Part shown: positions 40,241 through 52,780 of the stretch, piece by piece
How positions within the stretch are numbered: the first letter of the stretch is position 1
Layout: every line of letters starts with the position of its first letter
Source: Octopus sinensis
Taxonomy: Eukaryota
DNA length: 64,000 bases
Reading direction: 5' to 3'
Assembly (NCBI RefSeq): GCF_006345805.1
Contig: NC_042999.1
Span: 95,728,001-95,792,000 of the forward strand
Program-made: the position numbers and the translations under genes
Notes under the pieces: generated by a model
Seen by the model: only the letters and a program-made list of their open reading frames with translations
Databases searched by the model: none
What the model was told of the DNA's origin: nothing

Positions 40241-40678
40241 TAGGTGCAGGTGTGGCTGTGTGCTAACTTACTTCCCAACCATATGGTTCCAGCTTCAGTC
40301 CCACTGCTTGACACCTTGGGCAAGTGTCTTCTACTATAGCCTTGGACTGACCAAAGCCATGTGAGTGGATTTGGTTGATGGAAACTGAAAAAAGTCTGTC
40401 CTATATGTATGTATGTGTGTGTGTGTGTGTGTGTGTTTGTATATGTATATGTATGTATGTTTTTGTGTGTATATTTGTGTCTGTGTTTATCCACACCCCA
40501 CCATTGCTAGACAACCAATGTTGATGTGTTTACATGTTGTAAATTACCAGCTTGGTAGAGGAGATCAATAGAATAAGCACCAGGCTTACAAAGAATAAGT
40601 CCAGGTGTCAATTTCTTCAACTGGAAGGTGGTACTCCAGCATGGCCACACTCAAATGACTGAAACAAGTAAAAGAGCA
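40241..40678 (+). mobile_element. tRNA-SINE (same family as 14281)
   Basis: GTGGCTGTGTG head, CTTCAGTCCCAC B-box-like motif, CTTGGGCAAGTGTCTTCTACTATAG core, and ATGACTGAAACAAGTAAAAGAG tail. Confidence 0.88.
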
Positions 40679-40703
40679 ATATATATATATATATATATAT
40701 ATA

Positions 40704-41966
40704 CAGTGGTTGGACAAAATAATGGAAACACCATAGCATCATAATTTTGAAATATCTATAATCTATCAAAAGCTTGTTTATTTTCATTTTCTTTGATTTA
40801 TTATTAGTGTTTCTTAATGTTTTGCTAAATTTGCTGTTTCTTTTCAGATATCAAGAAAAGCTAATTAAAATTCATTAAAACGACAGATCTATCGGCCTTT
40901 CAAAGAGGTCAAATTGTTGGTATTCATATGCAGGTGCTAGCATATCAAAAATAGCCAAAATGTTTGGTGTATCAAGAAGTACTGTCTCAAAAGTAATAAC
41001 AGCCTTTGAGAAAGAGGGAAAAACATCCTCTTTGAAACAAAACTCTGGAGGAAAACCAGAACTTTCAGATACGGACCGGTGGATTCTTACGCAAATTGTT
41101 AGAAAGGGTCACAAAAGTACAGCTCCAAAAATTACTGCAGAGCTTAATGACCACCTCAAGAACCCAATTTCCACAAGAACTCTTCGCCAGGAGCTGCATA
41201 AAGCCGGGTTTCATGGGAGGGCTGCAATCAGAAAGCCACTACTTTCAAAAATAAATGTTTCAAAGCGTTTAGAGTGGAATAAAAAACTACAGAATTGGTC
41301 CCTAGAGCAGTGGAAGAATGTTATTTTCTCAGATGAGTCTTCCTTTAGCTTATTTTCAACCACTGGCTGAGTATGTATGTGGAGACAACTAAAAGAAACA
41401 TTTGACTCAGACTACCTTCTTCCAACTATTAAAAATGGAAGAAGATCTGTGATGATCTGGGGTGGGAGCTATGTCTTAGAAATCTGCCAGCCAAATGGTT
41501 TCCCTTCATGGCAGAATAAATAGGCAAGACTATTTAAGCATTTTATCTGATCAAATTCATCCTATGGTTGTAGAACTGTTTCCATAGGGAAATGCAATCT
41601 TTCAGGATGATAATGCAACAATTCACACAACCAAAGTTGTTACTGAATGGCATGAGGAACATTCTAGTGAAATTGAACATCTTATCTGGTCACCACAGTC
41701 CCCAGATCTCAATATTATTGAACATTTATGTTGCATTTGAGAAAAACAAGTAAGGAGTCGATATCCTCCACCATCATCTTTACAAGAACTGGAAACTGTT
41801 TTAGCTGAAGAATGGATAAAAATTCCTTTGGAATTAATTCAATCTTTGTACGAGCCCATACCTCATAGAATTCAAGCTGTAATTACTGCTAAAGGCGGTC
41901 CTATCCCATATCAAAATAAATTTGTTTGAAATTTTAAGCTATTTCCATTATTTTGTCTAACCCCTG
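40704..41966 (+). mobile_element. Tc1/mariner DNA transposon, DD36E spacing (Incomer-like), non-functional
   Basis: 26-bp TIRs (CAGTGGTTGGACAAAATAATGGAAAC / ATTTCCATTATTTTGTCTAACCCCTG) flanked by TA, 1263 bp. Transposase motifs VIFSDES, FQDDNA and SPDLNIIEH. Start codon is ACG, with frameshifts and stops. Confidence 0.95.
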
Positions 41967-41979
41967 TATATATATTATA

Positions 41980-42270
41980 AACTCAGGCCGACCAAAGTCT
42001 AGTGAGTGGATTTTTTTACATAGAGACTGAAAGAAGACTGTCATATATATGTGTATATTTGTGTGTGTGTGTGTTTGTACCTCCACCATCACTTGACAAC
42101 AGATGTTGCTGTGTCTGCATCCCCGTAACCTAGCGGTTCAGCAAAAGACACCGATAGAATATGTACTAGGCTTACAAAGAATAAATCCTGGGGTCGATTT
42201 GTTCAATTAAAGGCAGTGCTCTAGCATGGCCATAGTCACATGACTGGAACAAGTAAAGCAATAAAAAACT
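41980..42270 (+). mobile_element. tRNA-SINE lacking its head (family of 14281)
   Basis: GGCCGACCAAAG...GAAAGAAGACTGTC, ...CCTGGGGTCGATTTG...CAGCATGGCC...ATGACTGGAACAAGTAAAG. Confidence 0.85.
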
Positions 42271-42314
42271 ATGCCATTTTAATCCCAAGCAATGCTAGGT
42301 ATCTCTGCTAGTTT

Positions 42315-42960
42315 CCAATAAAGCACTTCTCTTTGTAGATAATGTATCAAGCAGTCTAGTGAACTTAAATTAGTTTTCTGATAATGTAAGAGTAGAATAT
42401 AACCCCAACCTACTGTTAGATAACTTCTGGAATAAGTTCTATATAATTGATTTGTGAATGACATAACTGAGTCATGGAATGAAGGGAAACCCTCAGCTTT
42501 GAATGGTACTTGAAAAAATATGTGGTCAGCTTATATTCAAGACTTTAAAAGTTTCTTCACGCACAAAGTCTACATCAAATCTGGAAAGATATTGTGACAC
42601 TTGCAAATAATGTAGGCTTTGAAGAAGTCAAAGAGGATAATATGGTTGATTTGCTAGTGTCCTGTAGAGAAATTTTATCTAATGAGGAGCTGATGCTCTG
42701 AGAACAAGATCAAGTTGAGAATATGGAATTTCCACCAACTCCCCTTAAATAGACTGCAAAAAAGTATTGCTAACATGTTGGTACTTACAGAAAGAAGGTT
42801 TACAAGTTTGGTTTATTTTCTGACAACAACCATAATCATTGAACATAAGACAAAAATTAGAAGTGAAGTTTTCAATGAGCTGAGTTCATACATTAAGGTT
42901 TACAAAGAGATAACATGTCATAAATATCAAACAATTTTGGATAATCTTAGTCCTTCAGAT
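42315..42960 (+). pseudogene. Tigger transposase C-terminal remnant
   Basis: KALLFVDNV, NFWNKFYII, TESWNE, and DIVTLANNVGFEEVKEDNMVDLLVSCREILSNEEL, matching the Tigger DDE C-terminus pattern (VGFEEVDEDDVEELL.SH.EELTNEEL). Confidence 0.75.
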
Positions 42961-43348
42961 TGATGATGATGAGCTATAAGATTGAAGATACTGTCCCTTA
43001 TCTCCCAATAAATTTCATTCTACCACTAACATCCTCCACACAGTTGTCAACATCTTGTGTGGTAAGAATGTATCCTATTTTGATTTGATATCAATTCTTA
43101 TTTGCTTACTTATTTCTCTATTATGTATGTGTGTGTGAGTATACATACCTACATACCTGTCTATCTACATGTGTATGTATATGTGTGTGTGTGTGTATAT
43201 AGACACACACACTCATACATGCATACATACATACATACATACATAGTATGTTTAGAAATTATTTTCATGCATCATGTTGCTTGTTTTGTCATCATTGTTA
43301 AAAACAAAAGCTGTCAGACACATTATTACTTTATATCATTTAAATCAG

Positions 43349-43489
43349 TTGAAAGTTTTTCAGGAATGCAGTGCTTCCATAAGGTGGGGACGCCTGTATT
43401 TATTTTATCAGCCACAGTAAAGCAAAAGATAATGCCTGCTATAGTGGGATTTGCAGTTAAAACATATAAAGTTACAAAACATAATGACC
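43349..43489 (+). CDS. Candidate exon, 141 nt (ESFSGMQCFHKVGTPVFILSATVKQKIMPAIVGFAVKTYKVTKHND, phase 1 to 1)
   Basis: TTTAAATCAG acceptor, C|GTATGT donor, length a multiple of 3, single open frame. Confidence 0.35.
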
Positions 43490-45752
43490 GTATGTGAATA
43501 CCACAAGCTATTCTATCCAATACTGTTACTGATCTGAAGACTAATTTGTCATATCTACAAAAGTGTGAACCATGATCAGTAGAATTATGATGTGTCAGTT
43601 GGTGATTTAAGCTAAAGAAAATCAGTTAGGAAATAATTAAGTCTTGTGATTGAACAAGAAGAAAGTAATAACTGAAAAAGCTTAGATAAATTCAAAAGAA
43701 TTTATAAATTGTAATAGAATGTAGCTGAAATCAGAGAAAGCAAAAATAAAATAAGTTAACCTGTTGAGTTAATAGCAGAAGATAATATAAAACAATGATA
43801 ATGGTAATGATTCATATCAAAACACTATAAACCTGTTAAAGCTTTAAGGCTTGGTATAATATTTTTGTGTGTAGCAAATATAAAAGTAATAACAAAAGTA
43901 ATAACAACAATTGTTCTCATTGAAAGCATTGTCTATAGAACCAGGAAGTTCAGTCTGCTCTCATTGCTGCTGCAATACTTCATTATATATCATAAGTTAG
44001 TTAACCATCAACTTATATGCATAAATAGATCTTTGTTTTGTTTTATATTTCTTCGTATTATTCATAAAATAAACAGATACACTGAATGCATTAAGATGTG
44101 TGTGTGTGTGTGCGTGCACGAGTGTATGGATGTGTGTATACCAGAATCTGTACAGAAATAAGGAAACTAACTTGAAAAAACAAATTGTTTGTGTGACAAT
44201 ATTTTCAGATGGAGGACCCATACTGTTGTCCCTTTCCATGTTAATAATATATGTTTGAGTGCCTTTCTTTAAACAAGATTGTTTATTAGTATGAAAACAT
44301 GTATGAACGGATATTTATTTGAATATATATGTGTTCTTGCTTGTAGATCTGTGTGTGTCCATATATATGTAAACAGATGTAAATATATTCTGAAAAAAAA
44401 AGCGCCAGGTGTAGATTTCTCAAGGAAAGCTACAATCAATAGATTTTTTTCTTTTATTTTTTTTGTTAGATCAGTTTATTGACAAAATTACATTGTGAAT
44501 ATTTTAGAAAAACATGTCTCTTACTTTGTTATAAGATGTCAAGGGAACTTTAGGATACCTATATTTTCTGATTCATCTACTGAAGTTTCTGAAGTTACTA
44601 GGTATTTTAAGTTTTCATTTTGCCTATCAAGCATTTTTTAATTTCCATGTTCTCTCTATAAGCATCAAGTGCTTTTCTACATATGCTAACTTAGTGACTA
44701 TATAACTTTGTGATGTTTCCTGCATCTATATAGTTAGCTTATACATTTAGTTGTGAAAGAATAGACATTAGTATGAATATGAACAAATATTTCTGCCTTA
44801 CTGTCTGTTTTTCTGAATGTATGTTTCTAACTATTTATTTCTTTGGCTATTGGTATATTAATGTGTTTAAGCCTGGTCTCTTTTGTAACTTTGTGGATTC
44901 GATAATTGGGACAAAAAATAGCAACAGACTAAAACATGTACATGAGTTGGTGTGTGTGTGTGTGTGTATGTATGGTTGTGTGTGTGTATTATTATTCAGT
45001 TCATTTCAAGATTTCTTGCCAATAGAGAAAGAACTGGTTTTTAAACTAGATCCAAGGTTCCTTCATTGGAATTTCAACATCAACAACAGGGTATTTTTGT
45101 TTGTTAGTATATATGTGTGTACGTGTGTCTGTGTGTTTGTATGTATGTATGCATGTATGTATGTATGTATGTGTATCTGTTTAACACATGCATGAGTAAA
45201 TGAACATTAAAATAATAATGATGATGATGTATATACAGGTGTGGTATGTAGTTAAGAAGTTTGCTTCTCAACTATGTGTCTTGAGTTCAGTCCCACTACA
45301 CAGGATCTTGGACAAGTGTCTTCTACTATAGCCCCAGGTTGACCAAAGCCATGTGAATGAATTTGGAGACAGAAACTAAGAGAAGTTCATCATATATATA
45401 TATATATATTTATATTTATATTATATATTTATGTATGTGTGTGTGTGTGTGTGGTGTGTGTGTGTGTGTGTGTATCTATCCTTATCTAAACATCATCTGA
45501 TGGTTCTAAATGTGCATCATCATCATCATCATTCAAGTGAAGTTGTTTTCTTTTCCAGTCCTTCGTCAAAAGAAAAAGAGTCTGATCATGGGGAAATATT
45601 ACCTTGCTTGCTTGCTTGGAAATATATGAGAGCTGGTGACAGGAAAGGCATCCAGCTGTAGAAAACTTTCCTCCACAATTTCTCTCTGTTCATGCAAGCA
45701 TGAAAAAGTGGACGATATATAATGATGATTATATACACAGACACACACACAC

Positions 45753-45818
<66 letters not shown>

Positions 45819-45819
45819 C

Positions 45820-46200
45820 TTTTACCTTTTACTTGTTTCAGTCATTAGACTGCACCATGCTGGGTCACTGCCTTGAAGAGTTTTAGCTAAATAAATTGAT
45901 CCCAGTACTTATGTTTTTATAAGTCTAGCACTTAATCTATCAGTCACTTTTCCTGAACTGCTTGAGCTATGGCTATGTACATGCACTAACACCAGTTGTC
46001 AAGTGTTAGGTGAAGGACAATCAAGTTCATGCGCACTCACACACACACACATACACACACATACAACAGTCTTCTTTCCATTTCTGTCTACCAAATCTGT
46101 TCACAAGTCTTTAATTAGTCTGAGGCTGTTATAGAAGACACTTGCCTATATATGTTCAGTCTCCAAAATGAGGACTGAGCTCAGAACCATGAGGTTCGGG
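45820..46200 (-). mobile_element. tRNA-SINE (family of 14281), decayed
   Basis: CTTTTACTTGTTTCAGTCATT...CCATGCTG tail and AGAAGACACTTGCC...GGACTGAGCTCAGAACCATG head, both in reverse. Confidence 0.75.
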
Positions 46201-46433
46201 GCATTGAATTCAAAAGGATTACTTACTGTATTTAGTACTATCGAAATCACATACATTTATCCATCTATGCCAAGGTTAAATAGGTCTACATGAATAAAAA
46301 CAAAAGCAGTATGCAAGTACTGGAATTGATATAATTATATCAAAGCTGTTGAAGGTGGGTGTCTGAAGCTTAACCATAGTAAACTGACTGACAAACATAT
46401 TTGTGCCTGTATATGCATACATACATGTGTGTG

Positions 46434-46466
<33 letters not shown>

Positions 46467-46479
46467 GTTCTCCTGAGCT

Positions 46480-46900
46480 ATGATGGAGTGGTCAGAACAA
46501 TCTGGAACAGAATAAGAAAGAAGAAAATACTAACAGACAAAGTGGATTATATTGAGACTGATGGGTCAAAAGACCAAGTTAAAACACAACTAAATATATA
46601 TTGTTGTGTGAAGCTCTGAGTCAAAAAAATAACATGCACTGTTGTGGAAACCAGCTGCCCTCTGGACACTAATGCGATCAGAAAACTACAGGAGAAAGAA
46701 GACATCTATGGTTCATTGATAAGGAGTTTATAAATTCAGTGTCTGAGTTATATTTTCAGTTTTATACCTATTATTCTTGGAGTTACAAGATATGTACCAG
46801 CCTGCCAGGAGCTAAGTATTGCTGAACTTGGTTTCTTGGGGAGAGAATGCAACTCCTTTATTCATAGGGTGCAAATGATCATGATATTTAAGACATTTTA
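46480..46900 (+). pseudogene. Restriction-like-endonuclease (R4/Dong/NeSL-type) non-LTR element, C-terminal remnant
   Basis: KKITCTVVETSCPLDTNAIRKLQEKEDIYGSLIRSL*IQCLSYIFSFIPIILGVTRYVP matches the RLE pattern IIEISCP.D.NI..K..EK...Y...FIPIIIGALG.VP. Confidence 0.7.
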
Positions 46901-47079
46901 AAATTTCAGAACCTTCTTAAGAACTAAAGGATGATTAGTAAAACCAAATGCTTTCCTGCACAACTTTACTGCTGAGTAGGTGGCCAATCAAAATTAAATC
47001 TAAATTAAGAATATAGAGACTTAGACACACACACACATATATACACACTCGTATACATATATGAATATTAAAAACACTG

Positions 47080-47600
47080 ACATGAAGTGTAGCCTTTCTT
47101 AGACTACTGCATCACCTCTCATATAGAAGATTGCATCTTTGCCGTTAAGGAACTGGAAATAACTACTACATACTTCATCAATGAGAGAGATCAAAATACC
47201 TCTAAGCATCTACCTTGTGGTACAAAATGAATATCAATTGTGCCAGTGCGATAGATGTCACCTGCCCCTTTAGCAGCTATTCAAAAATGCCTGCAAATCT
47301 TTCATTCTCATGAGATATAACATTGCTGCTAAAAGCCACTCACAATGCTATTCACAAGAAGTTTTGTTTTGATAAGCAAACCAGAGGCATGACAGAACCA
47401 AAATGTATCCAGACATTTGAATATGAGAAAAGCTAGCTGAAGACTTCGATAAAACAGTGACCCAATGCTAACATAAAAGGCCTGATATTATTCTGTTGGA
47501 CAGGAAAAATCATGCATTGTTGTAGATGTCAGCTACCCAGTGATAGTGAATATCTCATCTTAAATGGAGATGAACATTTGTGGAGAAGTAATGAGAAAAT
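47080..47600 (+). pseudogene. Second RLE-type non-LTR remnant
   Basis: EDCIFAVKELEITT-like block, then HKRPDIILLDRK and, after a frameshift, CIVVDVSYP (PD..D RLE motif). Heavily decayed. Confidence 0.55.
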
Positions 47601-47655
47601 TACAGGCCTTAAACCCAAGAAAGGGACTTTTCTTTGTACCCGGGATCTACAAGGT

Positions 47656-47687
<32 letters not shown>

Positions 47688-47953
47688 CTTATATATATAT
47701 ATATATATATAAATATCTGCATTTTAACTCTTAATCCCTATCTAATTCCTCGCTCATATTCGAATATCACAACCATCTAATTATATTCATGTGTATGTGT
47801 GTGTATGTATGTATGCAAGGTATGTATACCTGTGTATACAAGGGCGATAATACATATATATGGGTGTGTATGTGTACATATATACATGAGTACGAGTTGT
47901 GTATGTAGATATTGATATGCATAAACATCTGTATAAATATATATATATACATG

Positions 47954-47991
<38 letters not shown>

Positions 47992-48039
47992 GTCTAATAT
48001 ATACATATATATCATCTGCGTAACCATCTTACATCATTT

Positions 48040-48300
48040 TCCAGTATAAATAAAAGGTATTCCACATCACTACTGAACATTGTCTGGGGACTCAGATAGA
48101 ATGGAGTGGAGCATATAACTCACTGATCCATAATGAAAAATAGGCTGCACCATACAATGGAACATCACAGATGTGCAACTTATGCCTAGAAGAACCTCTG
48201 GAAATCCCATCCAGGGAAAATGTGATAAATATATACTCCAAGATGATCATATTGTGTAAACATACAAGCAGAACATCATTTCTGGAATTTGAAAAAAGCA
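48040..48300 (+). pseudogene. Penelope-like element, GIY-YIG C-terminal remnant
   Basis: HSTSLLNIVWGLR...APYNGTSQMCNLCLEEPLEI...INIYSKMIILCKH matches the PLE terminal CNLCL.EK motif. Confidence 0.75.
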
Positions 48301-48729
48301 TTTTGGAACAGAATAACATCAATTACCCTTAGCATATTATAGAACAAGGAAGAAACACAAGCAAATAAACAAACCAACCAATATTTAGGACACTTTACAC
48401 TATACCAACAGAAACAACTAAAAGGTCACCCTAAGAAAACATCATTTATCAATTCAGACAATAAACCCCAATAGCTGATAGCTGTAGTGGACATACCAGC
48501 TGACCTGTTTACATCAGACTTCATTGAAGATAATCATGCCTTAAATGAGATAAAACAAATGAAAGTGCTACACACCCTTCACATCTGTAAACTCAATAGC
48601 AAAATAAGTCCAACATCACCACACACACCTCCATCTCCATACAACTACCATTCATTCCTCTCTTTCCATCACCTTTCGTTCCTCCCCACCAAATACACAA
48701 AGAGACACACATAACTCAATCAACCTTCT

Positions 48730-48895
48730 CACTGGTCTATCTTTACGTTGTGAGTTCAAATTCAGCCGAGGTCGACTTTGCCTTTCATTCTTTTGGGGTC
48801 GATAAATTAAGTACCAGTTGCATATTGGTTCAATCTAATCGACTGGCACTCTTCCCCAAAATTTCAGACCTTGTGCCCCGAGTAGAAAAGAACCT
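48730..48895 (+). mobile_element. Nin-like tRNA-SINE
   Basis: GAGTTCAAATTCAGCCGAGGTCGACTTTGCCTTTCATTCTTTTGGGGTCGATAAATTAAGTACCAG. Confidence 0.85.
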
Positions 48896-49739
48896 TCACA
48901 CTGGTCAAAAAGGCTAAACATTCCACTGTTAAACATCCATTAATGTTACTTCACCTGAAGAAATGAATCCATGAAGATGATCAACCCAGTGCCAATGGAT
49001 GCTATGGACTAGACCATAATCATCCCAGGAATACAGACTGTGATCTTAAGAGACAAGGGATTTGTGGAAATAGTGATGCATTAAATTTTATAAATTCTAT
49101 CCAAGGATTATTGTTATTATTACTATAGTTATCCTACATTATATCGATACAGCGTGATGCAATCCCACAAAAGCTGGTTTACCAGTCAGCATCATTAAAC
49201 TGGCCAACACAATGAAATAGGAGCTTTATTTGCATATTCAAAACATTTCCCATAAACAAATTTAAAAGATATATATAGAAACATACATACACACACGCAT
49301 ATATATATGGCAATGTAAATTTACTGCTTCTTTATCTCCTACTATCAACTGCTTGTGATTTTTATCCTTCTTCACAGATTCTAGTTATATGTCTGTGTGA
49401 ATGTGTATGTGCATGTATGATGAACAAAAAGCTGCATGTATGTGAGAAAGTGTGTGTAAGTGTATCATGTGTGCAGTGTGTCCATCAATGACTACATAAC
49501 TTTTAGTGTTTTTATCCATTCCCTACCATGCTTGGCAATTTCGATATTTCACTCTTGACCCCATGCCATTCTCCTTCCTTTGAAATATAGCCCAATGTTT
49601 CATTTCAATTTTATAAGCTATAAGATATAAATGTGTGTGTGTGCATGTGTGTGTGTATATGTGTGTTAAATAGTAACAGTATCATATAACTGTCTGAGAG
49701 TATCCTATTAGCTGCAAATATCTGACTTGTGCCTCTTAA

Positions 49740-50700
49740 GAATCCATGCATCTACTCTCCCATTGTTCTGATTTTCCAGTTATACAGAGATCAGGTAGTT
49801 TATGATGCATTACTCATTATAAGCTTTATTAGAGCCCTTTATAAAATCAAACTATACTTCATCCACATTCAAATGATTGATTAAATATTTTTAGCTCTCA
49901 CTTGTAGTGCTGCAAGAACTGTACATGAAAATTTCTTTCTAGGCAAAAGCCATGCTGAGTGTTTATTAGTAACTTATTTTCCTTCTATGGATATGGCCAG
50001 TTTCTTGATTGTAACTAATTACATGACTTTCCTGATGTGTAAAGTCAGATTGATAGTCCTGTAAATTGTAGAATTTGCACTGCTCTTTCTTTTATAATGA
50101 GGGCATATTATGCCTATTTCAACTTTTCAGGGTTTTCACACTTGCCAAGAAGCTTTGGCAAGTATCTAGATGTATTAGCTAAAGCCTGTTTACATAACTT
50201 TAGGAGGATTACTGAGAGTCCAATGGGACATGTTGCTGAATTTAAGATAATTTCATCTATGGTCGATGTACAACTTCTGTCATCAGTAGTTATTACTTGC
50301 TTATGTTGAGTTGTCATCAAAGAATTCATCTGGCTTCTTTATCTGCATGTGTCTCATCAGAGAGGTAACAGCATTTTTGAGCTTCTCATTTAGTATTTAA
50401 TTTACCCTTTTGGGTCTACAATTAGTAGATTTTCTCTTTTGAACAATGACCTGTTTTGTAATGCACTGAGCTTCATTTTCTAACAAATTTGAAAGAAATT
50501 TAGGCTCACTTTATATCCTCTAGAGCTGTGAGTTCTCTTTTTGATCATTGCCTTTCATAAAAGAGTTTCATTTTATTTCCATTTTTTCTAGAAATATTTT
50601 TATTAGGCAGAACTTCTCCCTGTCTGTTCAATTGATTTGAGGTATTTACTCTACATCTCATATGATGTAGAATTCTCGGGGAATTATATATATGCATTTG
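49740..50700 (-). pseudogene. Old CR1-like LINE RT remnant
   Basis: The minus strand gives STIDEIILNSATCPIGLSVILLKLCKQAL...PEKLK, YRTINLTLHIRKVM and an F.KGSNK block, a decayed equivalent of (S)AAGPDG...LLK.C / NYRPISLTSH / DF.KAFDKV. Confidence 0.6.
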
Positions 50701-50859
50701 CAAGTCTTTCTTTCTGCAACAGTCAACATCATTTAACATCCACTTCCCATACTGGCATGGGTCTTATGGTTCAACAGTGGTTCAACTACTGCCCATTCAC
50801 ATACTCTAGTATGTAAATGGGCAGTAATAACCCATAATAGTATATGAATGTACAGTAGT

Positions 50860-51130
50860 AACCCATAATGAAATTTACTAGACATACGATGTTGCACTAT
50901 GATGTTTAAGTTTCAGTATTACAACTACATCTCGTTGTTCAAACACAAAAATAAGGAAAATGCGATCTCACTTAGCAAACTAATATGGCGACTTAGAGAC
51001 AAAAAACAAACAAACAAAAAAAAATATGAGTTACAATGGTTGATCCTGAGTCAAGCAAAACTATTCCTTCAGTCTTCTACTATGTTAAAATCAGAAATGA
51101 CTCTGGATGAACAGACTGAGCAAACCTATC
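50860..51130 (+). pseudogene. Penelope-like GIY-YIG remnant
   Basis: FKFQYYNYISLFKHKNKENAISLSKLIWRLRDKK...YELQWLILSQAK corresponds to FK.RY.NH..SF.H....T.LSKYIW.LK.....I.W.IL. Confidence 0.7.
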
Positions 51131-51289
51131 AATAACAAACCTAAAATGACTACTGGAAACAGCTGTAAGTCAAATTTACTGCAATAAAGAAAAATATGTA
51201 ATGATCATTATTTATATAATATCTTGTTGTGTGTGTGTGTGTGTGTGTGTGTTCAACTCTGGAAATCCTGTGACACTTTGGATAAGGCA

Positions 51290-52050
51290 ACATATATAAA
51301 TATGTAAATATAAAACAATCTTCTCACATGATTTATTAACTAGTATTAATATTTCTAATTCAATAGGAAAGTGTTGTCTAATTAATGCTAATGACAACTT
51401 TTCACTTGCTGAAGAAAGAGAGACTTCAGATAAAAAAAGTTTTTCTGTTTTGTTGGCCTCCATTTAGAATTCTTGCCTTAATGACTTTTGCTTGAATGTC
51501 TTGAATAATTAAATGTGTACCATTACACATGCCATAAGCTTGGTCTGTTGTATATAGAAAAATAATTATAGCATTAGTCTTTAATTTCCATATGTGTGAT
51601 GGCAAACCTGAGACAGTTAATGTATTTAAGTATTCGGTAGCGAATTCTTTAGGGGTCAGCCTGATGTGAATATTGATCACAACTAAACAGAACCTTTTCA
51701 TCTCTTGGAAATAGTTTTAGTATTTTTTCATTGATGAGATCAACATCAGCATTTTTTAATTTAAAAACAGCAATTTAAAAAAATTTTCTGGCTTTGTACT
51801 GAAATTATGAACAATGTTACATCTCTGGGGTACTATAATTTCATTGTTTGTTTCTTCTACTACAGACCCATTTCCTACATGGAGTATGTATTTGTTGAGC
51901 TGAATTCATTTATTCTGATCTTAGTCTCTGCATAGGACTTCAGCAAAATGTTTTGTATCAGTTGAATTTTTTTTTCTTTTTGCATGTTTCCATAAAAAAA
52001 GATTTATTGAAACTACTATCTATGAAAGAATTCTCCTTTTTAAATTTAAA
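51290..52050 (-). pseudogene. Helitron PIF1-family helicase remnant
   Basis: LHVGNG; DVDLINEKI; EYLNTLTVSGLPSHIWKLKTNAIIIFL...GMCNGTHLII; LIRQHFPI...NKS. These match Helitron/PIF1 motifs (LN.L...GLP.H.L.LK.G...LCNGTRL; RRQFP....TINKSQG). Confidence 0.85.
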
Positions 52051-52569
52051 AGGCATATCTTAGTAAGGCACTCTGTCCACTGAAATATTTTTTCAAATCA
52101 TTTCAAGTTTATAATCATATTTTATTTCCTTTTTCCCTTACATTTTGTATTACACGATGTAAACTGAAAGGGTGACATTTTAAAATTTCATAAATTGAAA
52201 AAAAAAAAAAAATGTTTGCAGTAAAAGTAAAAAGTATATGTTTTGGCTGGTAGAAAAATATGTTTTTTAGGTTTTATGTAGGATCACATTTCTAAGGTGT
52301 TGAATAGCAGGTATTTTTAATGGTCCTTGTAGCCAATGTATCTATGCATACATGTTTCCTCTACATATAACAATAAGGAAGTGAAAGTGAAAGTTTTCAA
52401 TTTCAGAAAGTGAAACAATGTATTTACAGGTTGTAAAAATGTTTACATTTCAAGTTTTGAAATATGAATATGGGCAATGAGACAATTTATAAGCCTTAAT
52501 TTCCATAATTTCAAAGAAAAAGAACAGATAATTGTTTTATTTTAAAAAATATAACTAAATGAGTGGAAA

Positions 52570-52780
52570 CATTGGTTTCAAATTTTGACACAAAGCAGAC
52601 AATTATGGGTAAGTCCGATACATTGACCCAAGTGCTCAACTGGTATTTATTTTATTGACCCCAAAAGGATGGAAGGTAAAGTCAACCCTGGCTGCATTTG
52701 AACTCAGCACAAAGAGTCAGAAGAAATGCCTTTAAGCATTTTGTCTGGTGTAGTAATGATTCTACCAGCTTACCACCTTA
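52570..52780 (-). mobile_element. Nin-like tRNA-SINE
   Basis: CTGGTATTTATTTTATTGACCCCAAAAGGATGGAAGGTAAAGTCAACC...ATTTGAACTCAG. Confidence 0.8.
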
